Virus record (IMG/VR): IMGVR_UViG_3300012942_000017
Span: 1 to 42,650 of that record
Direction: 5' to 3' (one strand)
DNA: 42,650 nt
Source: a virus
Taxonomy: Duplodnaviria > Caudoviricetes
The position numbers were made by a program, and so were the translations under genes. A model generated the notes under the pieces. That model did no database searches and had not been told where the DNA came from. It saw only the letters and a program-made list of their open reading frames with translations. This document shows, one piece after another, positions 1 to 8,804 of this stretch. Each line of letters starts with the position of its first letter. Within the stretch, counting starts at the first letter, position 1.

Positions 1-123
1 CTTAATGAGCTGATTGATATGATGATGGATAGAACCAAGCGGGATGTCAAGGTCCCGTGCCATGTCATTCATCGTATAGTTATCACCCATTCTATCGGAA
101 ACATATTGCAGGATACGTTCTGA
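1..123. repeat. Terminal direct repeat, left copy (circular assembly overlap)
   Basis: Bases 1-123 are identical to 42528-42650, and an ORF reads through the junction in frame. Confidence 0.97.
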
Positions 124-396
124 TGGTAATTCCGGTGTAGGAGCCGTATTGGTAACATACCACAAGATAGCTCCGTCCTTACGCTCTTCTCCACGCTCAA
201 TCTTTCCCTCACGGCGCAAGGTACTGAGATGAACCCATATGGTCTTGCGTTGCGCGTTAAAGTGGTCAGCTATCTTGATTGATGTCGTCCCAGGATTTTT
301 CTCGATGTATTCGTAGACTACCCCTTTGCTGGTGGTATGCTTACGAATAACACGAGGTTTATTCACGTGGGGACGAGCAATGTTGTAAATCGGCAT
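1..396 (-). CDS. Tandem winged-helix DNA-binding protein, 5' part; continues across the origin to 42303 (206 aa in total)
   Basis: ATG at 396-394 overlaps the upstream stop (TAATG). It translates as MPIYNIARPHVNKPRVIRKHTTSKGVVYEYIEKNPGTTSIKIADHFNAQRKTIWVHLSTLRREGKIERG (wHTH pattern) and joins ORF 42303..42617 in frame. Confidence 0.85.
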   Translation of the reverse strand, partial: MPIYNIARPHVNKPRVIRKHTTSKGVVYEYIEKNPGTTSIKIADHFNAQRKTIWVHLSTLRREGKIERGEERKDGAILWYVTNTAPTPELPSERILQYVSDRMGDNYTMNDMARDLDIPLGSIHHHINQLIK

Positions 397-1310
397 TAAA
401 GTCCTCCTGTAACATCTATCACTTCATGTTGATAATGAGTGATTTTAATATCTAATTTTCCATTTTCGTTAACGGGTACGATGTTGAAGATGTCTAAACC
501 TTCTATTGTCCACCCCTTCCGCTGTAAGATGTACGCGTAGAAACTCAACTGTAGCCAATATGCTCCAAGCGTGGTGTTATCTATCAGTCCCGCAAATGGT
601 GGGAGGATAGTTTCCGGCTTGGCAATATCGGGGTTTGTCTTGTAATCCTGCACGCGTGCAATCTTCTTTTTCTCATCAAGCACAAGTAAACGGTCAATGA
701 AACCACAAAGCCCGCTGTAGGTAACAAATAGTTCATATTCAGCAAACTCTTCCTGACGATTTTCGTAGAACTTTGTTACAACTAAATCGAGGAAGGGGTT
801 TTTATGAATAGCTGCGCTACTATCTCCTTTAGTAATCTTCGCAATATCTCGGTATTTTCCGTACAGTTCTAGGGCAGCATGAATTGCAGTACCCAGACTT
901 GTACTGGCTTCGGCGTTGGTTGCCCACATTGCCAGGATTTCATCCACCGGAACAGCGTGTTTCTTAGCAATAACTTTAGAAACTTGTTCCTTGGGAAATT
1001 CCTTGACAAACTTGTGAGAAAATGTCGAACCAGATAAAAGTCGATTTCCTTGTGAATCTTGATAAGAATGCCGCTCTCTGTCAAAAAGAACCACCTCTCC
1101 ATCCACGTCAATAAGCCGCTCTAAATTCGCTTGGCTTGCGGGATGGACTCTTAGGGGTGATTTCTGAACTCGGTTGGCGACGGCCTCAAGATGACGAAGA
1201 CCCATTGTCAGGGCTTCCTCAAATGTCTCGGCTTCAATCTCAACAGTTGGCTCTACGTTTTCATAATCTCTACCTGTCGGTAGCGTAGCACCAAGTGTTA
1301 ATTTAATCAT
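396..1310 (-). CDS. PD-(D/E)XK (Cas4/RecB-like) exonuclease
   Basis: Motifs GTAIHAALE, AEYEL, GFIDRL, QDYKT and YWLQLSFYAYIL. GAGGGA precedes the ATG at 1310; an alternative start is at 1397. Confidence 0.85.
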   Translation of the reverse strand: MIKLTLGATLPTGRDYENVEPTVEIEAETFEEALTMGLRHLEAVANRVQKSPLRVHPASQANLERLIDVDGEVVLFDRERHSYQDSQGNRLLSGSTFSHKFVKEFPKEQVSKVIAKKHAVPVDEILAMWATNAEASTSLGTAIHAALELYGKYRDIAKITKGDSSAAIHKNPFLDLVVTKFYENRQEEFAEYELFVTYSGLCGFIDRLLVLDEKKKIARVQDYKTNPDIAKPETILPPFAGLIDNTTLGAYWLQLSFYAYILQRKGWTIEGLDIFNIVPVNENGKLDIKITHYQHEVIDVTGGL

Positions 1311-1393
1311 TTTATCCCTCCAAGTTTTTAATTTGCACCTTTGAGTTTTTTGCTCTCTGCTACCACTTATGGTACCACCATAACCAGTTTGAG

Positions 1394-1615
1394 TCAATGC
1401 TTTTTTCGTCTTTTCCCAGAGGTTTTTATCTCTTTCGCCAGACGTCTCATCTCGTTATAAGATATTTGCCTATCAATCTCTAGGGCTCCTGGTGGGATAC
1501 GAACAATCACCACTGCTTCTGTCTTATGCCACTGGACATGGGGGATGTACTTTATACTTGCTCGATAAATATCTCCGAGAAGTGACACCTGATTGTCCAA
1601 TAGCTTTTTCTTCAT
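1394..1615 (-). CDS. Hypothetical protein
   Basis: 73-aa ORF coupled to its neighbours by ATGA overlaps. Confidence 0.6.
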   Translation of the reverse strand: MKKKLLDNQVSLLGDIYRASIKYIPHVQWHKTEAVVIVRIPPGALEIDRQISYNEMRRLAKEIKTSGKRRKKH

Positions 1616-1803
1616 GCAATGTGTTGTTTAATGATTTTTGTTAGCTGTGCTCTTGATATGAGCCTGTATTCGTGGCGACCTTTATATCCATGAAGCGGAC
1701 ACTCCTTGGCGATGATATAACGTTCCTGCTTCTTTCCAAAGCCGTTTTCCGTTGGTGGGCAAATGCAACCCTTTGCCTGTGCTGTAGTGCCACCTGGGAA
1801 CAT
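1612..1803 (-). CDS. Small putative Zn-binding protein
   Basis: GCICP...N..G...ECPLHG Cys/His motif. Confidence 0.65.
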   Translation of the reverse strand: MFPGGTTAQAKGCICPPTENGFGKKQERYIIAKECPLHGYKGRHEYRLISRAQLTKIIKQHIA

Positions 1804-1861
1804 CTAATTTTCCATTTCTGACTTGACAAAAACATTTGAAGTTGTCGTAATATTGTAATCC

Positions 1862-2110
1862 CTATCCCTTTTTCCCATTTCTTTCTCCCTTCTTTGATAG
1901 AATCGCGGCCCACCGTTCGTCAGGACTCATCTGCTTTAATTGCTCCCTGAATACTCGGTTGAGCTCCTTCTGGCTGTAAAAATCCTTCCGCTGGCTCCAA
2001 TCACGATCCATCACGTAAATTTTATATCGTTTATTGTTAATAACAACTCTCTCCCCAGTATCGAATAACTGTAGTTCTGGTGGTAATTCGGGTAGCCCAA
2101 GGCGTGGCAT
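1862..2110 (-). CDS. Hypothetical protein
   Basis: 82-aa ORF with an AAGGAG ribosome-binding site (RBS). Confidence 0.65.
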   Translation of the reverse strand: MPRLGLPELPPELQLFDTGERVVINNKRYKIYVMDRDWSQRKDFYSQKELNRVFREQLKQMSPDERWAAILSKKGERNGKKG

Positions 2111-2153
2111 TGTTTGTCTCCTTTTTGCCCGATTATAACGCTAAAGCTTCGAT

Positions 2154-2459
2154 TTATTCAAGAGTATTTTCTGCTTTATCAATACTTTCGTATAATTCTT
2201 TCAAATATGCCCCAAGAGATTCATGGGTAAGCAAACTATCAGCATACTGTAAGGTTATCTTTGCAAGTAGTAAAGATTCTGCTGCTTGCTTCTGGGAGTT
2301 AATGAGGTCGGTACACTTCTTTTCAAATTCTAAAAATGATTTATAGGCGAATGGATAATGGTCAAGTCCCCGTTTTTCCTTCTGGGTAATTGGGTCTCCA
2401 TATTTTATCTGCCACAACACTTCTCGTAGTTTTTCCCCAGTTAATAGCTTGGCTGTCAT
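2154..2459 (-). CDS. Hypothetical protein
   Basis: 101-aa ORF with an AGGAG RBS. Confidence 0.65.
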   Translation of the reverse strand: MTAKLLTGEKLREVLWQIKYGDPITQKEKRGLDHYPFAYKSFLEFEKKCTDLINSQKQAAESLLLAKITLQYADSLLTHESLGAYLKELYESIDKAENTLE

Positions 2460-2516
2460 GCTCCTATCTCCAAATCTTCCTCGTCCTTTTCTTCGCCTTC
2501 AATAGTTACACTCATC

Positions 2517-2882
2517 TTATTTCTCCCTCACGATTAAATTGATTATCCCAAGTTCGCAATCATGTATATCGTCGATAGCAATATGGGGTTGTTCAATCTT
2601 CGGTTGAAAGTTATAACTACCATCTGAATTTTTACCGACAAGGTTTTTACTCGCAAACTCATCTACATACTGGTTAATACCGATAGCTGTCGCCACCTGC
2701 CTGGCGTAAATTTCTCCACCCCCGCTCCAAACAATAATGTGTACATTCTTGAAGCTTGCAAGCGTGACCAAAAGGCTACGAATACGCTCATTTGCAATAG
2801 GAATGCCACCATCCATATCTCCGTCACTATCGTTTCTTATAAGTGTCCCATCAACATCAAATGCAATTCTTATTGTTTTCAT
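2517..2882 (-). CDS. HAD-superfamily phosphatase (capless)
   Basis: Motif I FDVDGTL, motif II VWSGGG, a conserved Lys and motif IV IDD. The ATG at 2882 overlaps the upstream TGA. Confidence 0.85.
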   Translation of the reverse strand: MKTIRIAFDVDGTLIRNDSDGDMDGGIPIANERIRSLLVTLASFKNVHIIVWSGGGEIYARQVATAIGINQYVDEFASKNLVGKNSDGSYNFQPKIEQPHIAIDDIHDCELGIINLIVREK

Positions 2883-3070
2883 CACTTCCCTTCTTTCCAT
2901 CCATGCTGCTTGAGGATGTCACGTTGTTTATCTCGCAGTGTGTTATTCCATAAAGCTTGGTCCTTGTCTCCAGTATATTCGTAAAGGTCTGCTAATATCT
3001 CATCTAGTCCTTGGGCAGACATACCGACATTGATGTCGCTATCTTGTGTATTGTCTGGTTGGTTAATCAC
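2882..3070 (-). CDS. Hypothetical protein
   Basis: 62-aa ORF overlapping its neighbours at start and stop. Confidence 0.55.
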   Translation of the reverse strand: MINQPDNTQDSDINVGMSAQGLDEILADLYEYTGDKDQALWNNTLRDKQRDILKQHGWKEGK

Positions 3071-3204
3071 AACTTGCCTTCCTTCTTCTTTTGCTTAAAA
3101 ACATGGTATGCGTCTTGTGTCCACTTCCATAACCAAACTGGTTTCCCGTTCTTTATACGATTTTTGACAGTAGAGTTTTTGAATAAAAATTGTCTTTTAC
3201 TCAT
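3067..3204 (-). CDS. Small basic hypothetical protein (45 aa, not in ORF track)
   Basis: MSKRQFLFKNSTVKNRIKNGKPVWLWKWTQDAYHVFKQKKKEGKL; AAGGAG RBS; fills the operon gap exactly. Confidence 0.6.
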   Translation of the reverse strand: MSKRQFLFKNSTVKNRIKNGKPVWLWKWTQDAYHVFKQKKKEGKL

Positions 3205-3544
3205 TATTTTCTCCTTTGTTATGGTGAAGCTCGGCAATATCTTGGTCTATAAATCCAGCAATTTCTTCGCCGAGAATAACGACCCAATCACGAGTTGGAT
3301 TTCTGGCGTCTGACGGTATTTCAGTTCGACGCAACACTCGTGCCTTTGCGCTCTCCATACCCTCTAACCGTGCCTTTTCTACTTCTGAGGAGAGAAGAGC
3401 AGCAGCCTTTTCAGCATATTTCGTATAGATACGCTGTTCCTCACGCGGGTAAACCATTACGTCTGATTTATCGAGCGACTGGTCTTCAATGACAGCCTGA
3501 ATGATAATGCTTCTCATCGCTTCTATTCGTTCAGAAGGTGTCAT
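3197..3544 (-). CDS. Hypothetical protein
   Basis: 115 aa, GAGGAGG RBS, ATGA overlap. Confidence 0.7.
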   Translation of the reverse strand: MTPSERIEAMRSIIIQAVIEDQSLDKSDVMVYPREEQRIYTKYAEKAAALLSSEVEKARLEGMESAKARVLRRTEIPSDARNPTRDWVVILGEEIAGFIDQDIAELHHNKGENNE

Positions 3545-3720
3545 AGTTCCTCCTCATATTCTTTATCCTTCTGTGCTTCTATCCCAAGAACACCGTCCAA
3601 GATGCGATGGCGTTCTTCTTTTCGTTGTTGTTCCATGAGCCTCATCAGATCGTTAATAAATGCCTGACGTGTTGGCATATTGTGCTTTATGAGCAGTTCA
3701 CTGATTTGTTGCCTTGTCAT
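3541..3720 (-). CDS. Hypothetical protein
   Basis: Likely start is the ATG at 3720, after AAGGAAG. Confidence 0.6.
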   Translation of the reverse strand: MTRQQISELLIKHNMPTRQAFINDLMRLMEQQRKEERHRILDGVLGIEAQKDKEYEEEL

Positions 3721-3968
3721 TCTACTTCCTTTCTCCATTAGGGCCACCTTTGTACTCTAATAGTACAATAAGCGGCGATTTATCACTCAAACGTTTTGCA
3801 GTCAGAACTCTACCCCTCACTGTATTCACGTCGGCTGTCCTCTCCTCGTTAGAGCCCCCGTCGTCAGGTGGCCGGACGTTGCGGGGATTTTTGGAAGAGA
3901 CGACCTCCATCCAGTTTTTGTTTTTCTGGCAGGGCTGGGAACCCGCCAATGGGTGAATTGTAATCATA

Positions 3969-4301
3969 TTATTTCACAACTTTTCGCTTTTTAGCAAGAG
4001 CTTTTTCTAGCGATATAATCTTCGCCCTTTGACCGTAGCATCCATAGCCCTTCTTAATATCAGAAATTGCCGTCCTAAGCTCTCCAGTATTCATATCGTT
4101 TATCTTTTTACCATATCCGTTTACATCAATCCATTCATCAAGGAAGGTATAAGAAAATCTCTTGAATTCAAAACTTTTATCTTTCCAGTGTTCTATTCTG
4201 CCAGCAGTAGCATTATCACCGTGCAGGAATTGGCCTCCTGGTCGCCAGTAGTAGGTAGGAGCAACCCACCACCAAGCCTCACTCCTTACTCTTTGTCTCA
4301 T
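3969..4301 (-). CDS. Hypothetical protein, paralog 3 of a tandem family
   Basis: Its C-terminal EWIDVNG..INDMNTGELRTAISDIKKGYGCYGQRAKIISLE is shared with the two upstream ORFs; AAGGAGG RBS. Confidence 0.75.
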   Translation of the reverse strand: MRQRVRSEAWWWVAPTYYWRPGGQFLHGDNATAGRIEHWKDKSFEFKRFSYTFLDEWIDVNGYGKKINDMNTGELRTAISDIKKGYGCYGQRAKIISLEKALAKKRKVVK

Positions 4302-4545
4302 ATAGCCTCCTTAGTGTTACTATTTTTGCGTCTTGGAATAGCCTATCTACATGTTTTTCTAGTACCTCTATTGCCAGTCCTAGGTGTTCGGTAGTCATCT
4401 GATCTATTACCTCAATATAACCATCCGGCCATACCCATAAATAGATGTTTTCTGCTGCTGCTAGACAGTCTATAGGCATGTATGAATCCGCATACGCAAG
4501 ACTGATAATATCCGCCCTCCAATTATTAAATCCGTTATTGGGCAT
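4279..4545 (-). CDS. Hypothetical protein, paralog 2 of a tandem family
   Basis: WVWPDG..IDQMTTEHLGLAI..Q.AKI.TL motif. Confidence 0.7.
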   Translation of the reverse strand: MPNNGFNNWRADIISLAYADSYMPIDCLAAAENIYLWVWPDGYIEVIDQMTTEHLGLAIEVLEKHVDRLFQDAKIVTLRRLYETKSKE

Positions 4546-4987
4546 AAGCTGCTACCCGCTTTTTTAAAACTCGCTCAAGAGAGTTCAGTTTCGCTCGCTG
4601 TCCCCAGCAGAACATTCCGAGCTTTAAATCATTGATAGCAAGTTTCAAATCAGTAATAGAGAGTTCATCAATTCGGTATGTCAGCCTTCTATAATCTGTC
4701 CAGTGGTATATATCATCAAAAGGATACCTGTGATTGAAGCTTCCTTTTTGATATACTTCTTCCAATCTGTTCCGTGGGAGCCACCAGTTTTCTGGATGAT
4801 CTAGGGGGATCGTGTTATCTTCTCGCTCTTCCCACGGAGATGTCAGCACTTGGTATACGTAGGATAGTAAGTCTGCGTCACCTAGATATAACCCTTTATG
4901 ATACCGTTCATCAAACTGATTTATCTTGCCAATTCCACTTGCATCAAGATGCAGAATTACCTGCTCTAGTATCTCGTCACTTTTCAT
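4535..4987 (-). CDS. Hypothetical protein, paralog 1 of a tandem family
   Basis: HWTD..IDELSITDLKLAINDLKLGMFCWGQRAKLNSLE; AAGGAG RBS. Confidence 0.75.
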   Translation of the reverse strand: MKSDEILEQVILHLDASGIGKINQFDERYHKGLYLGDADLLSYVYQVLTSPWEEREDNTIPLDHPENWWLPRNRLEEVYQKGSFNHRYPFDDIYHWTDYRRLTYRIDELSITDLKLAINDLKLGMFCWGQRAKLNSLERVLKKRVAAYAQ

Positions 4988-5003
4988 AATTTTCTCCTTT
5001 GTA

Positions 5004-5141
5004 TTGGAGATGACATTTGACGGCCTCCTGTCATCTCCAACTGTCTGGTATAACCACGGTTTACAAATTCACTTTCGACGGTGTGTTCCAACTACGACAG
5101 TTTTCTGGTTTGTAAACTCCCAACCTCCGCCCAAATGGTTA
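5004..5141. other. Intergenic inverted-repeat structure
   Basis: Perfect 12-bp inverted repeat TTGGAGATGACA/TGTCATCTCCAA (5004-5015, 5029-5040) and a 9-bp one GTTTACAAA/TTTGTAAAC (5059-5067, 5109-5117). Confidence 0.6.
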
Positions 5142-5146
5142 TCTCG

Positions 5147-5671
5147 TTAGAATGTTATTATGGATGAATCCACGTATAGCCCTTGACCAGAATTGGCTCG
5201 ACCTTGTGATCCTGGCTGAAAAAAATTTCTTATCCCCAATGCGTTTTCATAATTGAAATTATCCTCAAGATCAACTGCCTCATCATCGTAGCCACCCTCA
5301 ACGATCACTTCACAGAATTTACTGAGAAGATCAGTTATCTGACGCTGTGCCTCCATGTACTCTTTTTTGAAAAGGTAACGAAGTGCTTTACGATAGATAG
5401 TAACTTTCTTACCAGTGTTATCGGCACGAAGCACCATGACCCAATCACCATCTTTTTTCATGATAATGACCCGACCACGATCTTCTAAACGCTTATGACG
5501 CTCGAAGTGTAGTCCAGTCCTGTCAACTCGTTCCCAAGCTACTTGTGAATTAGTAGGAAGTTCAATGGGTGAGTTGAGAATTGTACCATTTTCATCTCTA
5601 TACTCACGAAGGGGAACAAGCACTTGGTAGTAGAAGATTGCGTGAAAATTAGTTATGGAAGCCGAACTCAT
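5147..5671 (-). CDS. Hypothetical protein in the amidoligase operon
   Basis: 174-aa ORF overlapping the GATase stop. Confidence 0.7.
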   Translation of the reverse strand: MSSASITNFHAIFYYQVLVPLREYRDENGTILNSPIELPTNSQVAWERVDRTGLHFERHKRLEDRGRVIIMKKDGDWVMVLRADNTGKKVTIYRKALRYLFKKEYMEAQRQITDLLSKFCEVIVEGGYDDEAVDLEDNFNYENALGIRNFFQPGSQGRANSGQGLYVDSSIITF

Positions 5672-6779
5672 GCTTTTTTATCCTTTCCTTTACAACTGCT
5701 AAGGCATCTTCTAGTGCATCTGCATAATCGCTACACTTTTCATAGTATTTAAACAGTTCATCAAGAGCAGGGTCTTTATCGTCCAGTAAATTACTGTTCA
5801 TTCTTTCAATTTCAAGATCAACTCCAATAAGGAAGTTACGTATCTCTTGAGCTGCTGCGGCATTATCAAACTCATTGCGAATGAGTGCTCCGCGCGCGAT
5901 AACACTTCCGTTACCTGGCCGGAAATTAACGGAGCCATCTGATAAAAGCCCATACTTTTCCTGTTCGTCATCCGTAGGAAAAAGACTAATGATCGTTTGT
6001 TCAATTTCTTTTTCTTCCTCCTCCTCTGTTTTAGAGAGAATCGGTGGCTGGTAGGTATACGGGGTTGGTGTATAATCAGAAGCCTTTGTAAATGTATAGC
6101 TTGATGGAATTTTCATCGGTTCGCTAGTAATCTCTCCAGTTTCGTAATCAAATGTATGAAGCATCTGTCCCTTTACTGGTTGCCCCTTTCCTTCTGAGCT
6201 AATCATCATCTGCTTTTTGGAACGAAAGAAGTTCAATGATCCCCGGTTAGTGCCAAAGTAAAGCTTATCGGGTTTTCCTTCTGTCAAGCGAATCATGATG
6301 AAAGCGATTGTTCCGTAGCTTTTCATCTCTTCTTTTCTTCCTTCAAGTACTTCTGCAATATCAAAGATCAATGCTTCAGAGTCATTAAAGCGTTTGTCTT
6401 GTTGTTCACTGACATATTTAATGCCCTTTTGGTAATGCTCGTACTTCACGGCATGAGAATTACTTACCATACCATTGTGAACACCAATATACTCATGGTC
6501 AAAGGTATCTTTGGTAGAGAACGGATGACAAGCGCTGCGGACATCAGCTGTTGAGGTAGAAAGGCGGTGATGGAATAGCACCTCGTGATTATTGCCGCGT
6601 GTACGTCGCAATAGCTTCTTGATACGTTGTTCCTTGATGTTATGAACCATCTTATCGAACTCCGGCAGGTAATATCCGAAACTTGTCGTTCCTCGTTGCC
6701 GCTGCTGTTCAAACTGTCGTAAGACTACATCGGTAACATCTTTGTCTTTAAAACTTTTCGTATAAACAATACCACACAT
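5649..6779 (-). CDS. Class II (Ntn) glutamine amidotransferase
   Basis: N-terminal MCGIV (Cys nucleophile), QRG, HHRLST, HPF, HNGMV and DSE motifs, plus an acidic C-terminal extension. Confidence 0.9.
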   Translation of the reverse strand: MCGIVYTKSFKDKDVTDVVLRQFEQQRQRGTTSFGYYLPEFDKMVHNIKEQRIKKLLRRTRGNNHEVLFHHRLSTSTADVRSACHPFSTKDTFDHEYIGVHNGMVSNSHAVKYEHYQKGIKYVSEQQDKRFNDSEALIFDIAEVLEGRKEEMKSYGTIAFIMIRLTEGKPDKLYFGTNRGSLNFFRSKKQMMISSEGKGQPVKGQMLHTFDYETGEITSEPMKIPSSYTFTKASDYTPTPYTYQPPILSKTEEEEEKEIEQTIISLFPTDDEQEKYGLLSDGSVNFRPGNGSVIARGALIRNEFDNAAAAQEIRNFLIGVDLEIERMNSNLLDDKDPALDELFKYYEKCSDYADALEDALAVVKERIKKHEFGFHN

Positions 6780-7855
6780 TATGTGTTAATCGCTTCCTGG
6801 GCTTTCCCCTGTTTAATGTTTGCTTGAAGGTATTTATCGAATGGTCCCGGATCGAGTCGTTGTCCCGTCACTCGTTCGACATACCAAGACTCTGGATGGC
6901 CGGGTTCAGTTAATTTATAGTAATTGATATGATCCATTTGGAACTCGTCCAGAGGAATATTATTAATATTCTTAAAGGCTTTTTTGTGCTCTTCATATGC
7001 CAACCGAATTTCTGCACGTCGTCTTGCTTCTTCTTTCCGTAGGCTAGTAAGAAGAAGTTTGATGCCACGGTTTCCGAGGAACTCTTTGATTGTCATTCCA
7101 TAGGGTACAATATATTTCATCTGTGATTTGATAATCTGAATCTGCTCGGCAACCGAGAAGAAACATTCTTGCATCGTCTTTCCATTGAGAATTTCAAACC
7201 TTTTTCCAAGGGTGGGAGCACGTTTACTTGGATCAGCAAAATATTCTAATGTACGAGCAATGATACCAAAGTACTCTAGCACCATATCAGGATTGTCATA
7301 ACAAGTATCAAAAATACGATACTCCAGCTGTGCTTTTCGTAGGGCATATATAGCGGAATATTTGCTGTTGTCAGCAACAGTAGCATGGCGGTATTCAAGA
7401 GATCGTGTCCAGTTCTTTGCTGCTGCACCAATATAGAGGGCTGGCAATAGCTTTTTTACTTCCCTTTGAAAGTTTTGCCAGCGGTTTTCTGGGAAAGTTC
7501 TTGTAGAAGGATAATATGAATCTTGGAGAACACTAAAGTGCATACCAGCCCCGTGAGTGTCCATTCCCCGGCCATTGCGTTCTGCCAAGGCTTTAAATGC
7601 TTCAATTACTTTTGGTAACATTGCTACATCGTCAGTAGGAATAGTAAAGGTAAACTCACTATCAACGCTGCCATCTCGATAGAATTTACTAAAGACAATT
7701 TTATCTGCATTCTCTCTTCCGATAAATTCAAGAATATATTGCTTACAGGTTTCATCGGCAATCTGACGTCCATTAAAGTGTGCCTCAAGCTCAAGCTTTA
7801 CGAACGGGAAGCCAGCATCCTTTACTGTTTTTATTATTTTCTGTAATTGAATCAT
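6779..7855 (-). CDS. Putative amidoligase (COOH-NH2 ligase, glutamine synthetase/GCS fold)
   Basis: ExE (LELEAH), DGSV..EF, GAGMHFSV, KYSAI and LEYRIFD motifs; adjacent to GATase-II and GGCT genes. Confidence 0.85.
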   Translation of the reverse strand: MIQLQKIIKTVKDAGFPFVKLELEAHFNGRQIADETCKQYILEFIGRENADKIVFSKFYRDGSVDSEFTFTIPTDDVAMLPKVIEAFKALAERNGRGMDTHGAGMHFSVLQDSYYPSTRTFPENRWQNFQREVKKLLPALYIGAAAKNWTRSLEYRHATVADNSKYSAIYALRKAQLEYRIFDTCYDNPDMVLEYFGIIARTLEYFADPSKRAPTLGKRFEILNGKTMQECFFSVAEQIQIIKSQMKYIVPYGMTIKEFLGNRGIKLLLTSLRKEEARRRAEIRLAYEEHKKAFKNINNIPLDEFQMDHINYYKLTEPGHPESWYVERVTGQRLDPGPFDKYLQANIKQGKAQEAINT

Positions 7856-8136
7856 TTTTCCTCCTTTACAAAAACGACTATTGTAAAACCATTCCTAACA
7901 ATGTAGGTTTCATCAAAACCCTCTTTATACCTTTTCACGCGCCGAAGATCGTCATCATCAACTTTGAATACTTTACCAACAACAGTTTCATCATCATTTT
8001 CCTCGATAGTATGTTGATTGGTGAGCTCATAGCCTGTTAATACCATGCCAGCGCCATTGTGTGCCTTGCCAAGGATAGCAAGTTGTGTTTCTTTGGTGAG
8101 TAACTCATCATATACAAACAAATTATGTTTTTTCAC
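7852..8136 (-). CDS. Gamma-glutamylcyclotransferase (AIG2-like), degenerate copy
   Basis: LFVYDELL, VVGKVFKVDDDDL..V..Y. The GTG start at 8136 follows AAGGAGGAG. Confidence 0.75.
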   Translation of the reverse strand: MKKHNLFVYDELLTKETQLAILGKAHNGAGMVLTGYELTNQHTIEENDDETVVGKVFKVDDDDLRRVKRYKEGFDETYIVRNGFTIVVFVKEEK

Positions 8137-8212
8137 TTGCTCCTCCTTTCTTTGTAGCAATGTTAACCATGCAACGTACATGATACCAATGATAAGAATA
8201 TCAAGCAGTATC

Positions 8213-8497
8213 TTATACGGGGTTGGCATACATGTATACTTCTTCGTCAAAGCATGTTTTAACGATAATCCGATCATATCCCTGCTCAAGTTCATCAATC
8301 TTTGGCCAATACTCCGGGTCAACATCAACCACGAGGCCAGTTAGTTCAACACCGGGTTTATTCGTCTTAACGGCTGTGACAATACCATGCCCAACAGTTA
8401 TATAGTTCTTCACGGTGCTATACACTGGGTTGCTCATACCGTATTTTTTTCTTGCCCCTTCTCCTAGGAAGATACCGTATACAAATAATCTATCCAT
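8213..8497 (-). CDS. Gamma-glutamylcyclotransferase (AIG2-like)
   Basis: LFVYG, LTGLVVDV, IDELEQGYDR (catalytic Glu) and VYMY; GAGGAG RBS. Confidence 0.85.
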   Translation of the reverse strand: MDRLFVYGIFLGEGARKKYGMSNPVYSTVKNYITVGHGIVTAVKTNKPGVELTGLVVDVDPEYWPKIDELEQGYDRIIVKTCFDEEVYMYANPV

Positions 8498-8558
8498 GTG
8501 TTACTCCTCTCAAAAATGCGCTAGAAGGCCATTGAGAGGCTCTCTAGCGCGGTTTATA

Positions 8559-8738
8559 TTAAAACAAGCGTAATTGCTTTACTTTTGGCCTTTGCTTGCG
8601 TTTAAAACGAAAACTAAACTTGCTACCATCAATCCAGTAATAGGATTGTTCTAATTGGTGAGCCTTTCGTAGTGCTTCCTTTTTGTCACGTGCAATAGCC
8701 TGAACACGTAGTGTGTTCTTATTAAATACCTCGTACAT
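8559..8738 (-). CDS. Small basic hypothetical protein (59 aa, not in ORF track)
   Basis: MYEVFNKNTLRVQAIARDKKEALRKAHQLEQSYYWIDG...; first ORF after the promoter, with an AGGGG RBS. Confidence 0.6.
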   Translation of the reverse strand: MYEVFNKNTLRVQAIARDKKEALRKAHQLEQSYYWIDGSKFSFRFKRKQRPKVKQLRLF

Positions 8739-8775
8739 CTTTACCCCTATTTGTTAAGATACGTTAATACTCATA

Positions 8776-8804
8776 ATTCTATCACTACTTATGCTATTTT
8801 TCAA
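8776..8804 (-). promoter_or_regulatory. Sigma70-type promoter of the amidoligase operon
   Basis: TTGAAA-17 nt-TAGAAT, with an extended -10 TG. Confidence 0.7.

Noticed and set aside
1-123. Biological terminal repeat
   Set aside because: It falls mid-gene and looks like an assembler overlap, so it cannot be called a physical end.
396-1310. CRISPR system suggested by the Cas4-like nuclease
   Set aside because: No repeat-spacer array or other cas genes, and no Fe-S cysteine set. It is an ordinary phage exonuclease.
3722-3967. 81-aa ORF, and a hammerhead-like CUGACGA within it
   Set aside because: There is no properly placed GAAA core, and the ORF has no clear RBS or motif. Coding status is uncertain, so it is not listed.
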